Part shown: in pieces, positions 29,158-37,047 of the stretch
Position numbering within the stretch: position 1 is the stretch's first letter
Layout: each line of letters opens with the position of its first letter
DNA from: Bacteroides sp. CAG:927
Lineage (GTDB): Bacteria > Bacillota > Clostridia > Oscillospirales > Oscillospiraceae
Assembly: GCA_963660915.1 (NCBI GenBank)
Contig: CAVLAO010000001.1
Location: forward strand, 83,664 to 147,663
Direction of reading: 5' to 3'
Length of the DNA stretch: 64,000 bases
The notes under the pieces: model-generated
The model's database searches: none
What the model was told of the DNA's origin: nothing
The model's input: only the letters and a program-made list of their open reading frames with translations
Program-made: the position numbers and the translations under genes

Positions 29158-29427
29158 TTACTTAGATTTGGAGCCCACATGGCCGCGGAAGGTGCGGGTG
29201 GGAGCAAACTCACCCAGCTTGTGGCCGACCATGTCTTCAGTGACATACACGGGCACGTGCTTGCGGCCGTCATGGACGGCGATGGTGTGGCCAATGAAGG
29301 CAGGATAGATGGTGGAGCTGCGGCTCCAAGTCTTCAGAACCTTCTTCTCATTGGTCTCGTTCATTTCTTCAACCCGCTTCAGCAGCTCGGGGGCGCAGAA
29401 GGGGCCTTTCTTAGTAGATCTGCTCAT
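29158..29427 (-). CDS. rpsS: 30S ribosomal protein S19
   Basis: 89 aa. [19 protein letters not shown]...[37 protein letters not shown]. Confidence 0.97.
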   Translation of the reverse strand: MSRSTKKGPFCAPELLKRVEEMNETNEKKVLKTWSRSSTIYPAFIGHTIAVHDGRKHVPVYVTEDMVGHKLGEFAPTRTFRGHVGSKSK

Positions 29428-29440
29428 TCAATTTGCCTCC

Positions 29441-30274
29441 TTACTTGCCGTTGCGATGGCGGACGATGAACTTCTCGGTACGAGCCTTGGTCTTACGAGT
29501 CTTATAACCCAGAGCAGGCTTGCCCCAAGGAGTAACAGGGCCGGAGCGACCGATGGGGGCGCGGCCCTCGCCGCCGCCGTGGGGGTGGTCATTCGGGTTC
29601 ATGACGGAACCGCGAACCGTGGGACGCCAACCCATGTGGCGCTTACGACCGGCCTTACCGATGTGGATGTTGGCGTGGTCGATGTTGCCGATCTGGCCGA
29701 TGCAGGCCTTGCAGGTCAGCTTCACCAGACGATACTCACCGGAGGGCAGACGGATCTGAGCAGAATCGCCTTCCTTAGCCATCAGCTGAGCCTGCTCACC
29801 GGCTGCGCGAACCAGCTGGCCGCCCTTGCCGGGGTGAAGTTCGATGTTGCTGATGATGGTGCCCACAGGGATATTTGCCAGAGGCAGGCAGTTGCCGGGC
29901 TTGATGTCGGCGGTGGTGGAGGATTCCACCTTGTCGCCGGCCTTCAGGCCGACAGGAGCCAGAATGTATGCCTTCTCGCCGTCTTCATACTGAATCAGAG
30001 CGATGTTAGCGGAGCGGTTCGGATCGTACTCCAGACGGAGAACCTCAGCGGCGCCTTCCTTCTGGCGCTTGAAGTCGATGATACGATACTTACGCTTGTT
30101 GCCGCCGCCGCGATGGCGGACGGTGATGCGGCCGTAGCTGTTGCGGCCGGCGTTCTTCTTGACGATCTCAGTCAGGCTGCGCTCGGGCTTAGCCTTCTTG
30201 TCGATGCCCTCGAAAGCGGACACCGTCATGTGGCGGCGGGACGGAGTCGTGGGCTTGTAGGTGTTAATAGCCAT
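29441..30274 (-). CDS. rplB: 50S ribosomal protein L2
   Basis: 277 aa. ...RRHMTVS.F.......PE.SL...[24 protein letters not shown]... Confidence 0.97.
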   Translation of the reverse strand: MAINTYKPTTPSRRHMTVSAFEGIDKKAKPERSLTEIVKKNAGRNSYGRITVRHRGGGNKRKYRIIDFKRQKEGAAEVLRLEYDPNRSANIALIQYEDGEKAYILAPVGLKAGDKVESSTTADIKPGNCLPLANIPVGTIISNIELHPGKGGQLVRAAGEQAQLMAKEGDSAQIRLPSGEYRLVKLTCKACIGQIGNIDHANIHIGKAGRKRHMGWRPTVRGSVMNPNDHPHGGGEGRAPIGRSGPVTPWGKPALGYKTRKTKARTEKFIVRHRNGK

Positions 30275-30289
30275 TCTTCGTTACCCTCC

Positions 30290-30583
30290 TTATGCCATGC
30301 CTTCGAAGATCTCAATGGTCTTGGAATCTTCGGTCAGAGTGACGGTAGCTTTCTTGAAGGAAGCGCGGCGGCCTGCGCGGCCATAACCCTGACGCTTCAT
30401 CTTGCCGTCATAGTTGACGGTGTTGACCTTAGCGACTTTCACGCCGAAGATCTCTTCCACAGCCTTGCCAATCTCGATCTTGTTTGCATCGGTAGCGACA
30501 TAGAAGGTGTACTTCTTGTCGGCAGTGCCCATCATGGCACGCTCGGAGATAACGGGCTTAATGATGATATCGTAAGCGTTCAT
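30290..30583 (-). CDS. rplW: 50S ribosomal protein L23
   Basis: 97 aa. [17 protein letters not shown]......KYTFYV...[21 protein letters not shown]. Confidence 0.94.
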   Translation of the reverse strand: MNAYDIIIKPVISERAMMGTADKKYTFYVATDANKIEIGKAVEEIFGVKVAKVNTVNYDGKMKRQGYGRAGRRASFKKATVTLTEDSKTIEIFEGMA

Positions 30584-31206
30584 TATGCGTACACCTCCTC
30601 GATCACGGCCAGTGCAGCCTTATCGATGACCAGGTTCTTGGCGTTGACAATGTCATACACGCTCAGAACATTGGCAGGAGTCGTGACGATGCCGGGAATG
30701 TTCCGGGCGGACTTCACAACGTTTGCCTTAACGCCCTCGGTGACAACGACAGCCTTGCCCTCAACGCCAGCAGCGCTCAGGAAGCCGGCAAAGGTCTTGG
30801 TCTTAGGCTCAGCCATCTCCAGGCCGTCCACCACAACGATGGCGCCGGAAGCAGCCTTGTCGCTCAGCACGCTCTTCAGAGCCAGACGCTTGACCTTCTT
30901 GTTGACATTGTAGCTGTAATCACGGGGCTTCGGTGCGAACACAACGCCGCCGTGAGTCCACTGAGGGGAACGGGTGCTGCCCTGACGGGCACGGCCGGTG
31001 CCCTTCTGTCTCCAGGGCTTGATGCCGCCGCCGGAAACTTCAGCGCGGGTCAGAGAGCTCTGAGTACCCTGACGGCAGTTGGCCAGATGGTTCTTGACCA
31101 CCTCATGGACAACGACAGGATTGGGCTCGATACCGAAGATGGACTCAGCCAGTTCGATCTCGCCGATCTTGGCGCCTTCCATGTTAACAACATTAGCAGT
31201 AGGCAT
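30583..31206 (-). CDS. rplD: 50S ribosomal protein L4
   Basis: 207 aa. ...[53 protein letters not shown]. Confidence 0.96.
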   Translation of the reverse strand: MPTANVVNMEGAKIGEIELAESIFGIEPNPVVVHEVVKNHLANCRQGTQSSLTRAEVSGGGIKPWRQKGTGRARQGSTRSPQWTHGGVVFAPKPRDYSYNVNKKVKRLALKSVLSDKAASGAIVVVDGLEMAEPKTKTFAGFLSAAGVEGKAVVVTEGVKANVVKSARNIPGIVTTPANVLSVYDIVNAKNLVIDKAALAVIEEVYA

Positions 31207-31225
31207 TTATGATACTCTCCTTTCC

Positions 31226-31954
31226 TTAGCGATTTCTGGCGGAAGCCTTCTGGGGATTGACACGAGCAGAAGCCTTCTGCGGGTTGTTGCTGATGCCAGC
31301 GCCCTCGCCCTTCTTCTCGGGCAGAACCTTAGCGGTGTTGCGCAGCACGACCACGCCGCCGTTGGGGCCGGGGATGGCGCCCTTCACAGCGATCAGATTG
31401 ATCTCAGCATCCACCTTAGCCACAATCAGGTTCTCTACGGTAACCTGATCGCCGCCCATCTGGCCGGCGCCGATCTTACCCTTGCGGATACGGCTGGGAG
31501 TAGAGGTGGAGCCCATAGAACCGGCATGACGATGGACAGGGCCGCCGCCGTGGGTCATGGGGGTGCGCTGTGCGCCGTAACGCTTGATAACGCCAGCGTA
31601 GCCCTTGCCCTTGCTGATGCCGGTGCAGTCGACATGATCGCCCTCAGCGAAGATATCGGCTTTGATGACAGAACCAACCTGCAGGCTGGAAGTGTCGTCC
31701 AGACGGAACTCCTTCAGAACCTTCAGGGGTTCCACGCCTGCCTTGGACAGATGGCCCAGCTCAGGCTTGTTGAGCTTGCGCTCAGGGACGGACTCGAAGC
31801 CGACCTGTACAGCTTCATAGCCGTCGTTTTCGAGGGTCTTCTTCTGCACGACGGTGCAGGGGCCGGCCTCGATGACGGTCACAGGAATGACCTTGCCGTC
31901 GGCGTCAAAGATCTGCGTCATGCCGACCTTCTTGCCGATGATTGCCTTTTCCAT
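31226..31954 (-). CDS. rplC: 50S ribosomal protein L3 with a C-terminal extension containing a tandem NPQKASAR repeat
   Basis: 242 aa. [37 protein letters not shown]...DGY.A.Q.GF... Confidence 0.96.
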   Translation of the reverse strand: MEKAIIGKKVGMTQIFDADGKVIPVTVIEAGPCTVVQKKTLENDGYEAVQVGFESVPERKLNKPELGHLSKAGVEPLKVLKEFRLDDTSSLQVGSVIKADIFAEGDHVDCTGISKGKGYAGVIKRYGAQRTPMTHGGGPVHRHAGSMGSTSTPSRIRKGKIGAGQMGGDQVTVENLIVAKVDAEINLIAVKGAIPGPNGGVVVLRNTAKVLPEKKGEGAGISNNPQKASARVNPQKASARNR

Positions 31955-32101
31955 TTGGTTTTTTCCTCCTTGTAAAGGTTATTGGTCAGGAGAGTTAGCA
32001 CATTGGGCTGGCTATTGCTCTGCTGACATGACCCCCCTGCCCTCAATAACGCGGGCAGGAAGCGGGTACAACGGAAATTGATAAGGGGTTTGCGCGTTGG
32101 A

Positions 32102-32410
32102 TCAGAGCTTGATCTCGATTTCCACACCGGCAGGCAGCTGCAGGCTCATCAGAGCCTCAACGGTCTTGGGGGAAGGATTCTGAATGTCGACCAGACGCTT
32201 GTGGGTGCGGCGCTCGAACTGCTCACGGGAATCCTTGTACTTGTGGGTTGCACGCAGGATGGTGACGATCTCACGCTTGGTCGGCAGAGGAATGGGGCCG
32301 GACACTGCAGCGCCGGTGCGCTTTGCGGTCTCGACGATCTTCTCTGCACTCTGGTCGATGAGCTGATGGTCATAGGCCTTCAGCCGAATACGAATGCTCT
32401 CGTTTGCCAT
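32102..32410 (-). CDS. rpsJ: 30S ribosomal protein S10
   Basis: Start at [34 protein letters not shown] (ATG 32410, AAGGAGG RBS). First gene of the S10 operon. Confidence 0.96.
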   Translation of the reverse strand: MANESIRIRLKAYDHQLIDQSAEKIVETAKRTGAAVSGPIPLPTKREIVTILRATHKYKDSREQFERRTHKRLVDIQNPSPKTVEALMSLQLPAGVEIEIKL

Positions 32411-32695
32411 GGTTGGGGTTTCCTCCTTATTTTTCGTACTGTTGTACATGGGCCGAATCGTGTTTCGATTGGCTTCGGACTTATCCGCTTTGCCGGGTGT
32501 ATCACTCCGGGCTATAAGGAAAGCCAGCTCCCAGAGCCGGCCGATTCCACACAGTCACAGCGATATACACCGCAGTGGCGCACAGAAAATCCTCAGCCGC
32601 CCGAATCCGGTTCGGACATACTCCGCGGAAGTTACCGGTTTTTGACGCCGCAATCTCCCGCATCATCGCAGTGCGCCCACACAGGCGCTAGATAA
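32411..32695 (-). promoter_or_regulatory. Long (about 280 nt) structured 5' leader of the S10 operon
   Basis: Lies between the predicted promoter (32696-32724) and the rpsJ RBS. It holds several GC hairpins in the minus-strand RNA, for example GCGCC-TGTGT-GGGCGC, CCGAA-CCGGA-TTCGG and GCCGAATCG...CGATTCGGC. An autoregulatory role is inferred. Confidence 0.5.
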
Positions 32696-32724
32696 TGATA
32701 CAATAAATTATCCGCCGAGTCAAC
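32696..32724 (-). promoter_or_regulatory. Sigma-70-type promoter of the S10-spc-alpha cluster
   Basis: On the minus strand: TTGACT (32724-32719), 17 nt, TATCAT (32701-32696). Confidence 0.65.
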
Positions 32725-32775
32725 CTTTTTTTGTGTTTCTTGCGCTGAAATTTTGGCCAACTCTGCTGATTTCAT

Positions 32776-33438
32776 TCACCTGTTTTTGTGCATTTTCACT
32801 TCGTGCGACAAGAGGCAAAAATGCTGCCGCCGGGTCACCAGCACGCCTTCTCTCTGCATCTTGCCCAACTCCGCCGAAAGAGCAGAACGCTCTACAGAAA
32901 GGTAATCCGCCAGTTCCTGACGATTATAAGGAATATCAAATTCACTGCTCCCCTGCCGTTGTGCTTCTGCAGAGAGGAACGAACGCAACTTTTCCCGAAT
33001 AGTTCGCTGTCCCATGTGGGTCAGTTTGCTGTGAAAGCGCAGGTTCTTTCCCGCCAGTGCCGCCACAAGATTGGCAATCATCTGCTTTTGATTCGACCTG
33101 AGAAGGCGGGTTACATTGATTTGCAGCACTTGCGCGTCCTCTCGCGCCGTCGCAATTACTCCCACCGGAACCCCGGCGCAGGCGAAGCTTTCTGCAAATA
33201 CATCCCCCGGCTCCAGCATGGCCATCAGGTTCCGGTTGCCCCAGAAGTCTTCCTGTCCGATCTCTGCTCGGCCAGACAGAAGAACACCCAACCACTCCGG
33301 CCGGTCTCCTACATTTAATAATATACTGCCCGTAGGATAACTGCGGGTTGTTGCCTGCAGTTCCTTCAGCGCAGCCTCCAGTTCCTGTTCTGTCAATCCC
33401 CGAAACAGCGGTTGCTGCATCAGCTCTATCTTTTTCAC
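32776..33438 (-). CDS. Crp/Fnr-family transcriptional regulator
   Basis: 220 aa with a GTG start and AAGGAG RBS. It has a cNMP-binding-like beta-barrel (...PLFRGLTEQELEAAL...GDVFAE...) and a C-terminal HTH (...REKLRSFL...YNRQELADYLSVERSALSAELGKMQREGVL...). There is no N-terminal Cys cluster of the FNR type. Confidence 0.85.
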   Translation of the reverse strand: MKKIELMQQPLFRGLTEQELEAALKELQATTRSYPTGSILLNVGDRPEWLGVLLSGRAEIGQEDFWGNRNLMAMLEPGDVFAESFACAGVPVGVIATAREDAQVLQINVTRLLRSNQKQMIANLVAALAGKNLRFHSKLTHMGQRTIREKLRSFLSAEAQRQGSSEFDIPYNRQELADYLSVERSALSAELGKMQREGVLVTRRQHFCLLSHEVKMHKNR

Positions 33439-33452
33439 ATTTCTCTCTCCTT

Positions 33453-33468
33453 TGTTGGAATTCCAACA
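33453..33468. promoter_or_regulatory. 16-bp perfect palindrome TGTTG-GAATTC-CAACA, candidate Crp/Fnr-family operator
   Basis: Perfect dyad in the divergent intergenic region. Its centre lies about 41.5 nt upstream of the start site predicted from the TATAAT at 33490-33495. Confidence 0.6.
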
Positions 33469-33542
33469 TACTTTTCAGGATAACATTAGTATAATGTATC
33501 CTGTCAAGAGAAACAAAGCCGACGTAACAGGAGGAATTCAAT

Positions 33543-34259
33543 ATGAAGCGCAGAATCATCCACATCGACGAAGACAAATGCAATGGCTGCGGAGCATGTG
33601 CGGCCGCCTGCCACGAAAATGCCATAGGTATGGTGAACGGAAAAGCGAAACTGCTGCGGGACGACTATTGCGACGGTCTCGGCGACTGCCTGCCCCAGTG
33701 TCCCACCGGAGCGATCACCTTCGTAGAGCGGGAAGCTGCCGCCTATGACGAGGCCGCCGTAAAGGCAAATCAGGCCAAGCTGAAACAACAGAGTCAGGCG
33801 CCCGCCCATCCCCACATCGGCGGATGTCCCGGTGCGGCAGCACGGGCATTAAACAATCGCCCTGTTGCTCCGGTAAATGACAGCGGTGAACGTCCCAGCC
33901 AGCTTCGGCAATGGCCGGTACAAATCAAACTGGTACCTACCCGTGCACCCTATTTTGACGGTGCTCACCTGCTGATCGCCGCCGACTGCACTGCTTACGC
34001 CTATGCCGGTTTCCACGAAAAATTCATCCGCAACCGCATCACTCTGATCGGTTGCCCAAAGCTGGACAGCATCGATTACAGCGAAAAGCTGACTGAAATC
34101 ATTCGCAGCAACGACATCCAGAGCGTTACCATTGTGCGCATGGAAGTACCCTGTTGCGGCGGGCTGGAGATGGCCGCCCGGAAGGCCATTCAGGACAGCG
34201 GCAAATTCCTGCCCTGGCAGGTATATACCATCTCTCTCGACGGCAACATTATTGAATGA
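33543..34259 (+). CDS. 4Fe-4S dicluster ferredoxin-like protein with a Cys-containing C-terminal domain (frdX-like)
   Basis: 238 aa with an AGGAGG RBS. CNGCGACAAACHENAI and CDGLGDCLPQCPTGAI. The C-terminal ...LLIAADCTAYAY...LIGCPKLD...VPCCGG... segment resembles ferredoxin-like genes often found linked to hcp. Confidence 0.7.
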   Translation: MKRRIIHIDEDKCNGCGACAAACHENAIGMVNGKAKLLRDDYCDGLGDCLPQCPTGAITFVEREAAAYDEAAVKANQAKLKQQSQAPAHPHIGGCPGAAARALNNRPVAPVNDSGERPSQLRQWPVQIKLVPTRAPYFDGAHLLIAADCTAYAYAGFHEKFIRNRITLIGCPKLDSIDYSEKLTEIIRSNDIQSVTIVRMEVPCCGGLEMAARKAIQDSGKFLPWQVYTISLDGNIIE

Positions 34260-34672
34260 GCCAGCCGGAAGAGCGCGCCCTGCTGGACGCATTGGTAGGT
34301 CTGATCCGCTGCATTGACAGCGGATCACCGGAAGGGCAGACACTGGCCCTGATCCGCTCCGGTGTTCTCCTTCTGGGCGGAACCGAGCAGGCAAAAAAAT
34401 CTGTTGCCGAGCAGATCCGCACAGAAAAGCTCCGATTGGTTCCGGACTGTGCCGTCTGCCCTCATCCCTGCGGCCGTCACGACGACGGAGACTGGTCTTC
34501 CGTAGAGCAAGGTAATCCAAAAATCTTTGCCGCAAAACTGACTTTGTTAGAGAAGGCAAAGCAGCTTGCCCATCAGCCGGAGAGCGATGACCTGACTATT
34601 TGCCGGCTTCTGTTCCAGTTGGGAGAAGACCTGGATCTTGAAACTCTGCAACAAATAAACTCACAGCTATAA
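34256..34672 (+). CDS. Hypothetical helical protein with a CAVCPHPCG motif
   Basis: 138 aa. ATGA overlap with the upstream stop indicates translational coupling. No family recognised. Confidence 0.55.
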   Translation: MSQPEERALLDALVGLIRCIDSGSPEGQTLALIRSGVLLLGGTEQAKKSVAEQIRTEKLRLVPDCAVCPHPCGRHDDGDWSSVEQGNPKIFAAKLTLLEKAKQLAHQPESDDLTICRLLFQLGEDLDLETLQQINSQL

Positions 34673-34684
34673 TCACAACGTAAA

Positions 34685-34725
34685 ACGCCGTCGAAAGGAA
34701 CAGCATCCTTTCGACGGCGTTTTTT
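34685..34725. terminator. Bidirectional intrinsic terminator
   Basis: ACGCCGTCGAAAGGA / loop / TCCTTTCGACGGCGT (15-bp stem), flanked by AAAA and TTTTT. It sits between convergent genes and abuts the stop codon of the minus-strand gene. Confidence 0.85.
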
Positions 34726-36122
34726 CATTGTTCCTGTACGGATTCCCAAGGCAGAATGGCGCACTTTTGATTTTCCACAGGCTTTGGATCCTTCTCGTGA
34801 TTTCCGATGACTTTTTCCATCCAGATCATATCATACCAGCGACCAAACTTATTTGCGCATTGGCGGAAGGTCCCCACCGTGTGAAAACCCATATGCTCGT
34901 GGAAGGATTTGCTGTCCCAGGTCAAATACGGGTCATTCTCCTCTGCAGGGCAGGCAATGCAGGCATACAGATTCTGAATCCCCATCGCCTTCAGCCGCTG
35001 TTCCAGCGCAGAATATAGTCGACGTCCCAGCCCCTGACGGTGCGCAGTCTTGTCCAGATAGATGCTCAGTTCGCAGGACCAGTCATAGGCCTGTCTTCCT
35101 TTAAACCGCCCGGCATAGGCATAGCCCATCACTCTGCCGTTCTGTTCAATTACCAGAATGGGATAGCCGGATTGTATTGTGGATTCCACCTTTCCCTGCA
35201 CGCTAAGCGGCTGACCGCATTCAAAGGAAATCGCCGTATGTTCTACGTAGTAACGATATATTTCCGCCATTCGAGTTTCATCGTTCGGGATCGCATTGCG
35301 AACAGAAGGATTTTCTCCGCTGTATCTGTCCCACAAATACGCTACCACGCTCTCAATACAGCCATGTTCCACGTCATTTACAATAACCGGACCATCCACT
35401 CCAAGGTTATCCACCGCGCTTGCGCTGGGAGCAAATGCCGTTGCCGCAACATTCAGCATGGGAAGATCATTTTCGTTGTCACCTACACAGTAAATGTGTT
35501 TCGGATCAATGCCCAGCGATTTTGCCGTCCGCAAAACGCCGTTGCCCTTGTGAATTCCCTTTGCAGTCAGCTCCAGCAGACAATCAGCAGAAAAGATGCA
35601 CTCATAGCGGTCGCTCCACCGCTCCAGTACAATGGAACGAATTTGTTCCAGCTCCGGCCGTTGTCCCAGAAACATTGCCTTCAGCCACGGCGTAGGAATC
35701 TCCTCCAACGGCCGTTCCTCCGGAATCGATTTGACCAAAGCAGAGTGATAATCCGACAGTTCGTTCGGTTGGAAAAGGAAGTTTTCATGTTTGTGATACA
35801 CCGCCACCGCAACACTTGGAAAGTTCGCCATCAATTCGACCATATCTTCTGTGGCGTGTTCGCTGAGATTATTGCTGAACAGAATTTCACCGGAGTCCAT
35901 ATCGCAGAGCGTAGAGCCATTGGACAACAGACTGGGATGCGTCAGCGGCAATTCCTTCGACTGCTGCACAAAGTCGGAGTAGCACCGGCCGGTGACCACC
36001 ATAAAGATACCGCCCCCCCGCTGAAAGGCGCGGATTGCTGCTTTGTCCCGCTCCTGTACCTTCTCGCCGCAAAGTGTTCCGTCATAGTCGCTGGCCAGAA
36101 GCACTCCGTCAAATCGTCCCAT
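34725..36122 (-). CDS. Fusion protein: Cof-type HAD phosphatase (N-terminal) plus GNAT N-acetyltransferase of the phosphinothricin/MSX-acetyltransferase type (C-terminal)
   Basis: I start at MGRFDGVLLASDYDGTL (ATG 36122, AAAGGGGA RBS). The ORF-track start at 36272 overlaps thiT. HAD motif I is DYDGT and motif IV is GDNENDLPM. GNAT signature is ...RQGLGRRLYSALEQRLKAMG... Confidence 0.75.
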   Translation of the reverse strand: MGRFDGVLLASDYDGTLCGEKVQERDKAAIRAFQRGGGIFMVVTGRCYSDFVQQSKELPLTHPSLLSNGSTLCDMDSGEILFSNNLSEHATEDMVELMANFPSVAVAVYHKHENFLFQPNELSDYHSALVKSIPEERPLEEIPTPWLKAMFLGQRPELEQIRSIVLERWSDRYECIFSADCLLELTAKGIHKGNGVLRTAKSLGIDPKHIYCVGDNENDLPMLNVAATAFAPSASAVDNLGVDGPVIVNDVEHGCIESVVAYLWDRYSGENPSVRNAIPNDETRMAEIYRYYVEHTAISFECGQPLSVQGKVESTIQSGYPILVIEQNGRVMGYAYAGRFKGRQAYDWSCELSIYLDKTAHRQGLGRRLYSALEQRLKAMGIQNLYACIACPAEENDPYLTWDSKSFHEHMGFHTVGTFRQCANKFGRWYDMIWMEKVIGNHEKDPKPVENQKCAILPWESVQEQ

Positions 36123-36176
36123 TTGGTTTTCCCCTTTCCATGCACAGCGGCTGAGGCCGCCGAAAACAGCAAATAC

Positions 36177-36216
36177 CGAAAAAAGAAATGCGGGCAGTTT
36201 TCTGCTCTGCCCGCAT
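36177..36216 (-). terminator. Intrinsic terminator of thiT
   Basis: Minus-strand RNA: AUGCGGGCAG / 10-nt loop / CUGCCCGCAU followed by UUCUUUUUU. Confidence 0.75.
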
Positions 36217-36245
36217 ATTATATCCAATTTTTTTGTCTTTGACAA
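36217..36245 (-). promoter_or_regulatory. Sigma-70-type promoter for the HAD-GNAT gene, abutting the thiT terminator
   Basis: Minus strand: TTGTCA (36245-36240), 17 nt, TATAAT (36222-36217). The terminator's left arm begins at the next base. Confidence 0.5.
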
Positions 36246-36255
36246 GTTTGGCAAA

Positions 36256-36807
36256 TCAGGCCAGATCCTCACCGGTGATGTATTTTCTCATCGGTACATA
36301 CAAAACCGCAAAAATCACCAGGCACAGCACCATGTCGATTGCCACATAACTGCCGTTGTAGACCAGAGAATACAGATAGGGATTGCTAAAGGCGTGGTTA
36401 AACACTTCCGTTGGCTCATAAATTTTGTAAATGGTCACGCCGCTGATAAAGTGGATCACAAAGCGGCAGCAGCAGCCAACCACCGTTCCGACGAAAATGC
36501 CGCCCTTTGTTTTCCAGAAGAAACCGCACACGCCAAGAACCGCAAAGGCTAGCAGATAGTCCAGCAGCATGGACCAGGGCCCCCATGCATAGGCGCCGTC
36601 AAAAATCAACTGCAGCAGACCATAGGCAAAGCTGGCCAGAAAGCCATCTTTCCAACCCCAGCGAATGCAGTACAGGAAAATCGGCAGCATACCAATGCAA
36701 ACGCTGCCGCCCTGGGGCAGCTCGAAAAGCTTGATATAGCTCAAGGCCGTGGCCAATGCCACCATGATTGCGCCCTCGGTCAGGGCACGGGTTTTGGTTC
36801 GTTTCAT
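36256..36807 (-). CDS. thiT: Energy-coupling-factor thiamine transporter S component
   Basis: Start at MKRTKTRALTEGAIMVALATALSYIKLFELPQGGSV (ATG 36807). Six-TM ECF S-component pattern, directly downstream of a TPP riboswitch. Confidence 0.85.
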   Translation of the reverse strand: MKRTKTRALTEGAIMVALATALSYIKLFELPQGGSVCIGMLPIFLYCIRWGWKDGFLASFAYGLLQLIFDGAYAWGPWSMLLDYLLAFAVLGVCGFFWKTKGGIFVGTVVGCCCRFVIHFISGVTIYKIYEPTEVFNHAFSNPYLYSLVYNGSYVAIDMVLCLVIFAVLYVPMRKYITGEDLA

Positions 36808-36825
36808 TGAAACATCTCTCCCATA

Positions 36826-36871
36826 GAAAATCAAAAAGTACCGCAATGCCCAAAACGGCGCATTGCGGTAC
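36826..36871 (-). terminator. Expression-platform terminator of the TPP riboswitch
   Basis: Minus-strand RNA: GUACCGCAAUGC / loop / GCAUUGCGGUAC followed by UUUUUGAUUUU, just upstream of the thiT RBS. Confidence 0.8.
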
Positions 36872-36887
36872 AAACAATTCTATGGTG

Positions 36888-36984
36888 TTTGACTTCCTAC
36901 GCCGGCATTACCCGGATCAGGTTCAAGGTGACCTGAGACGGCGCTACGTCTCAATCTCAGCCGGAGTTGCCTCCAGCGCCCCTG
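36888..36984 (-). promoter_or_regulatory. TPP (THI-box) riboswitch
   Basis: Minus-strand RNA: GGGGCGCUGGAGGCAACUCCGGCUGAGAUUGAGACG...GUCUCAGGUCACCUUGAACCUGAUCCGGGUAAUGCCGGCGUAGGAAG. It contains the conserved CUGAGA and ACCUGAUC.GG.UAAUGCC.GCG elements. Confidence 0.9.
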
Positions 36985-37019
36985 TCTATGCTGTTGTCTG
37001 GTCTTGCGATCTGAATGAC

Positions 37020-37047
37020 ATTATAACCTATTTGGAAGGAATGTCAA
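37020..37047 (-). promoter_or_regulatory. Sigma-70-type promoter of the TPP riboswitch-thiT unit
   Basis: Minus strand: TTGACA (37047-37042), 16 nt, TATAAT (37025-37020). The -35 element overlaps the stop codon of the upstream 95-aa gene. Confidence 0.65.

Noticed and set aside
16520-31975. Many long plus-strand ORFs across the ribosomal cluster (for example 16520-17617, 18002-19138, 21181-22950, 25460-26734, 26484-27374, 29309-30913, 31079-31975)
   Set aside because: All are antisense to unmistakable ribosomal, secY, adk or rpoA genes. Such long open antisense frames are expected from GC3-rich codon usage, and none has a start context.
32942-33625. 227-aa minus-strand ORF spanning the Crp gene and the divergent promoter
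   Set aside because: It is out of frame with the convincing Crp/Fnr reading frame and runs through the promoter and operator region. The product is Arg/Gly/Ala-rich low-complexity sequence.
33849-34559. 236-aa minus-strand ORF
   Set aside because: It is antisense to the ferredoxin-like gene and the coupled 138-aa gene, with no RBS.
35040-36242. 400-aa plus-strand ORF
   Set aside because: It is antisense to the HAD-GNAT fusion gene, whose HAD and GNAT motifs are unambiguous.
36123-36272. N-terminal extension of the HAD-GNAT ORF overlapping thiT
   Set aside because: It overlaps the thiT 3' end, the thiT terminator and the nested promoter. The HAD motif I (DYDGT) follows ATG 36122 immediately, as expected.
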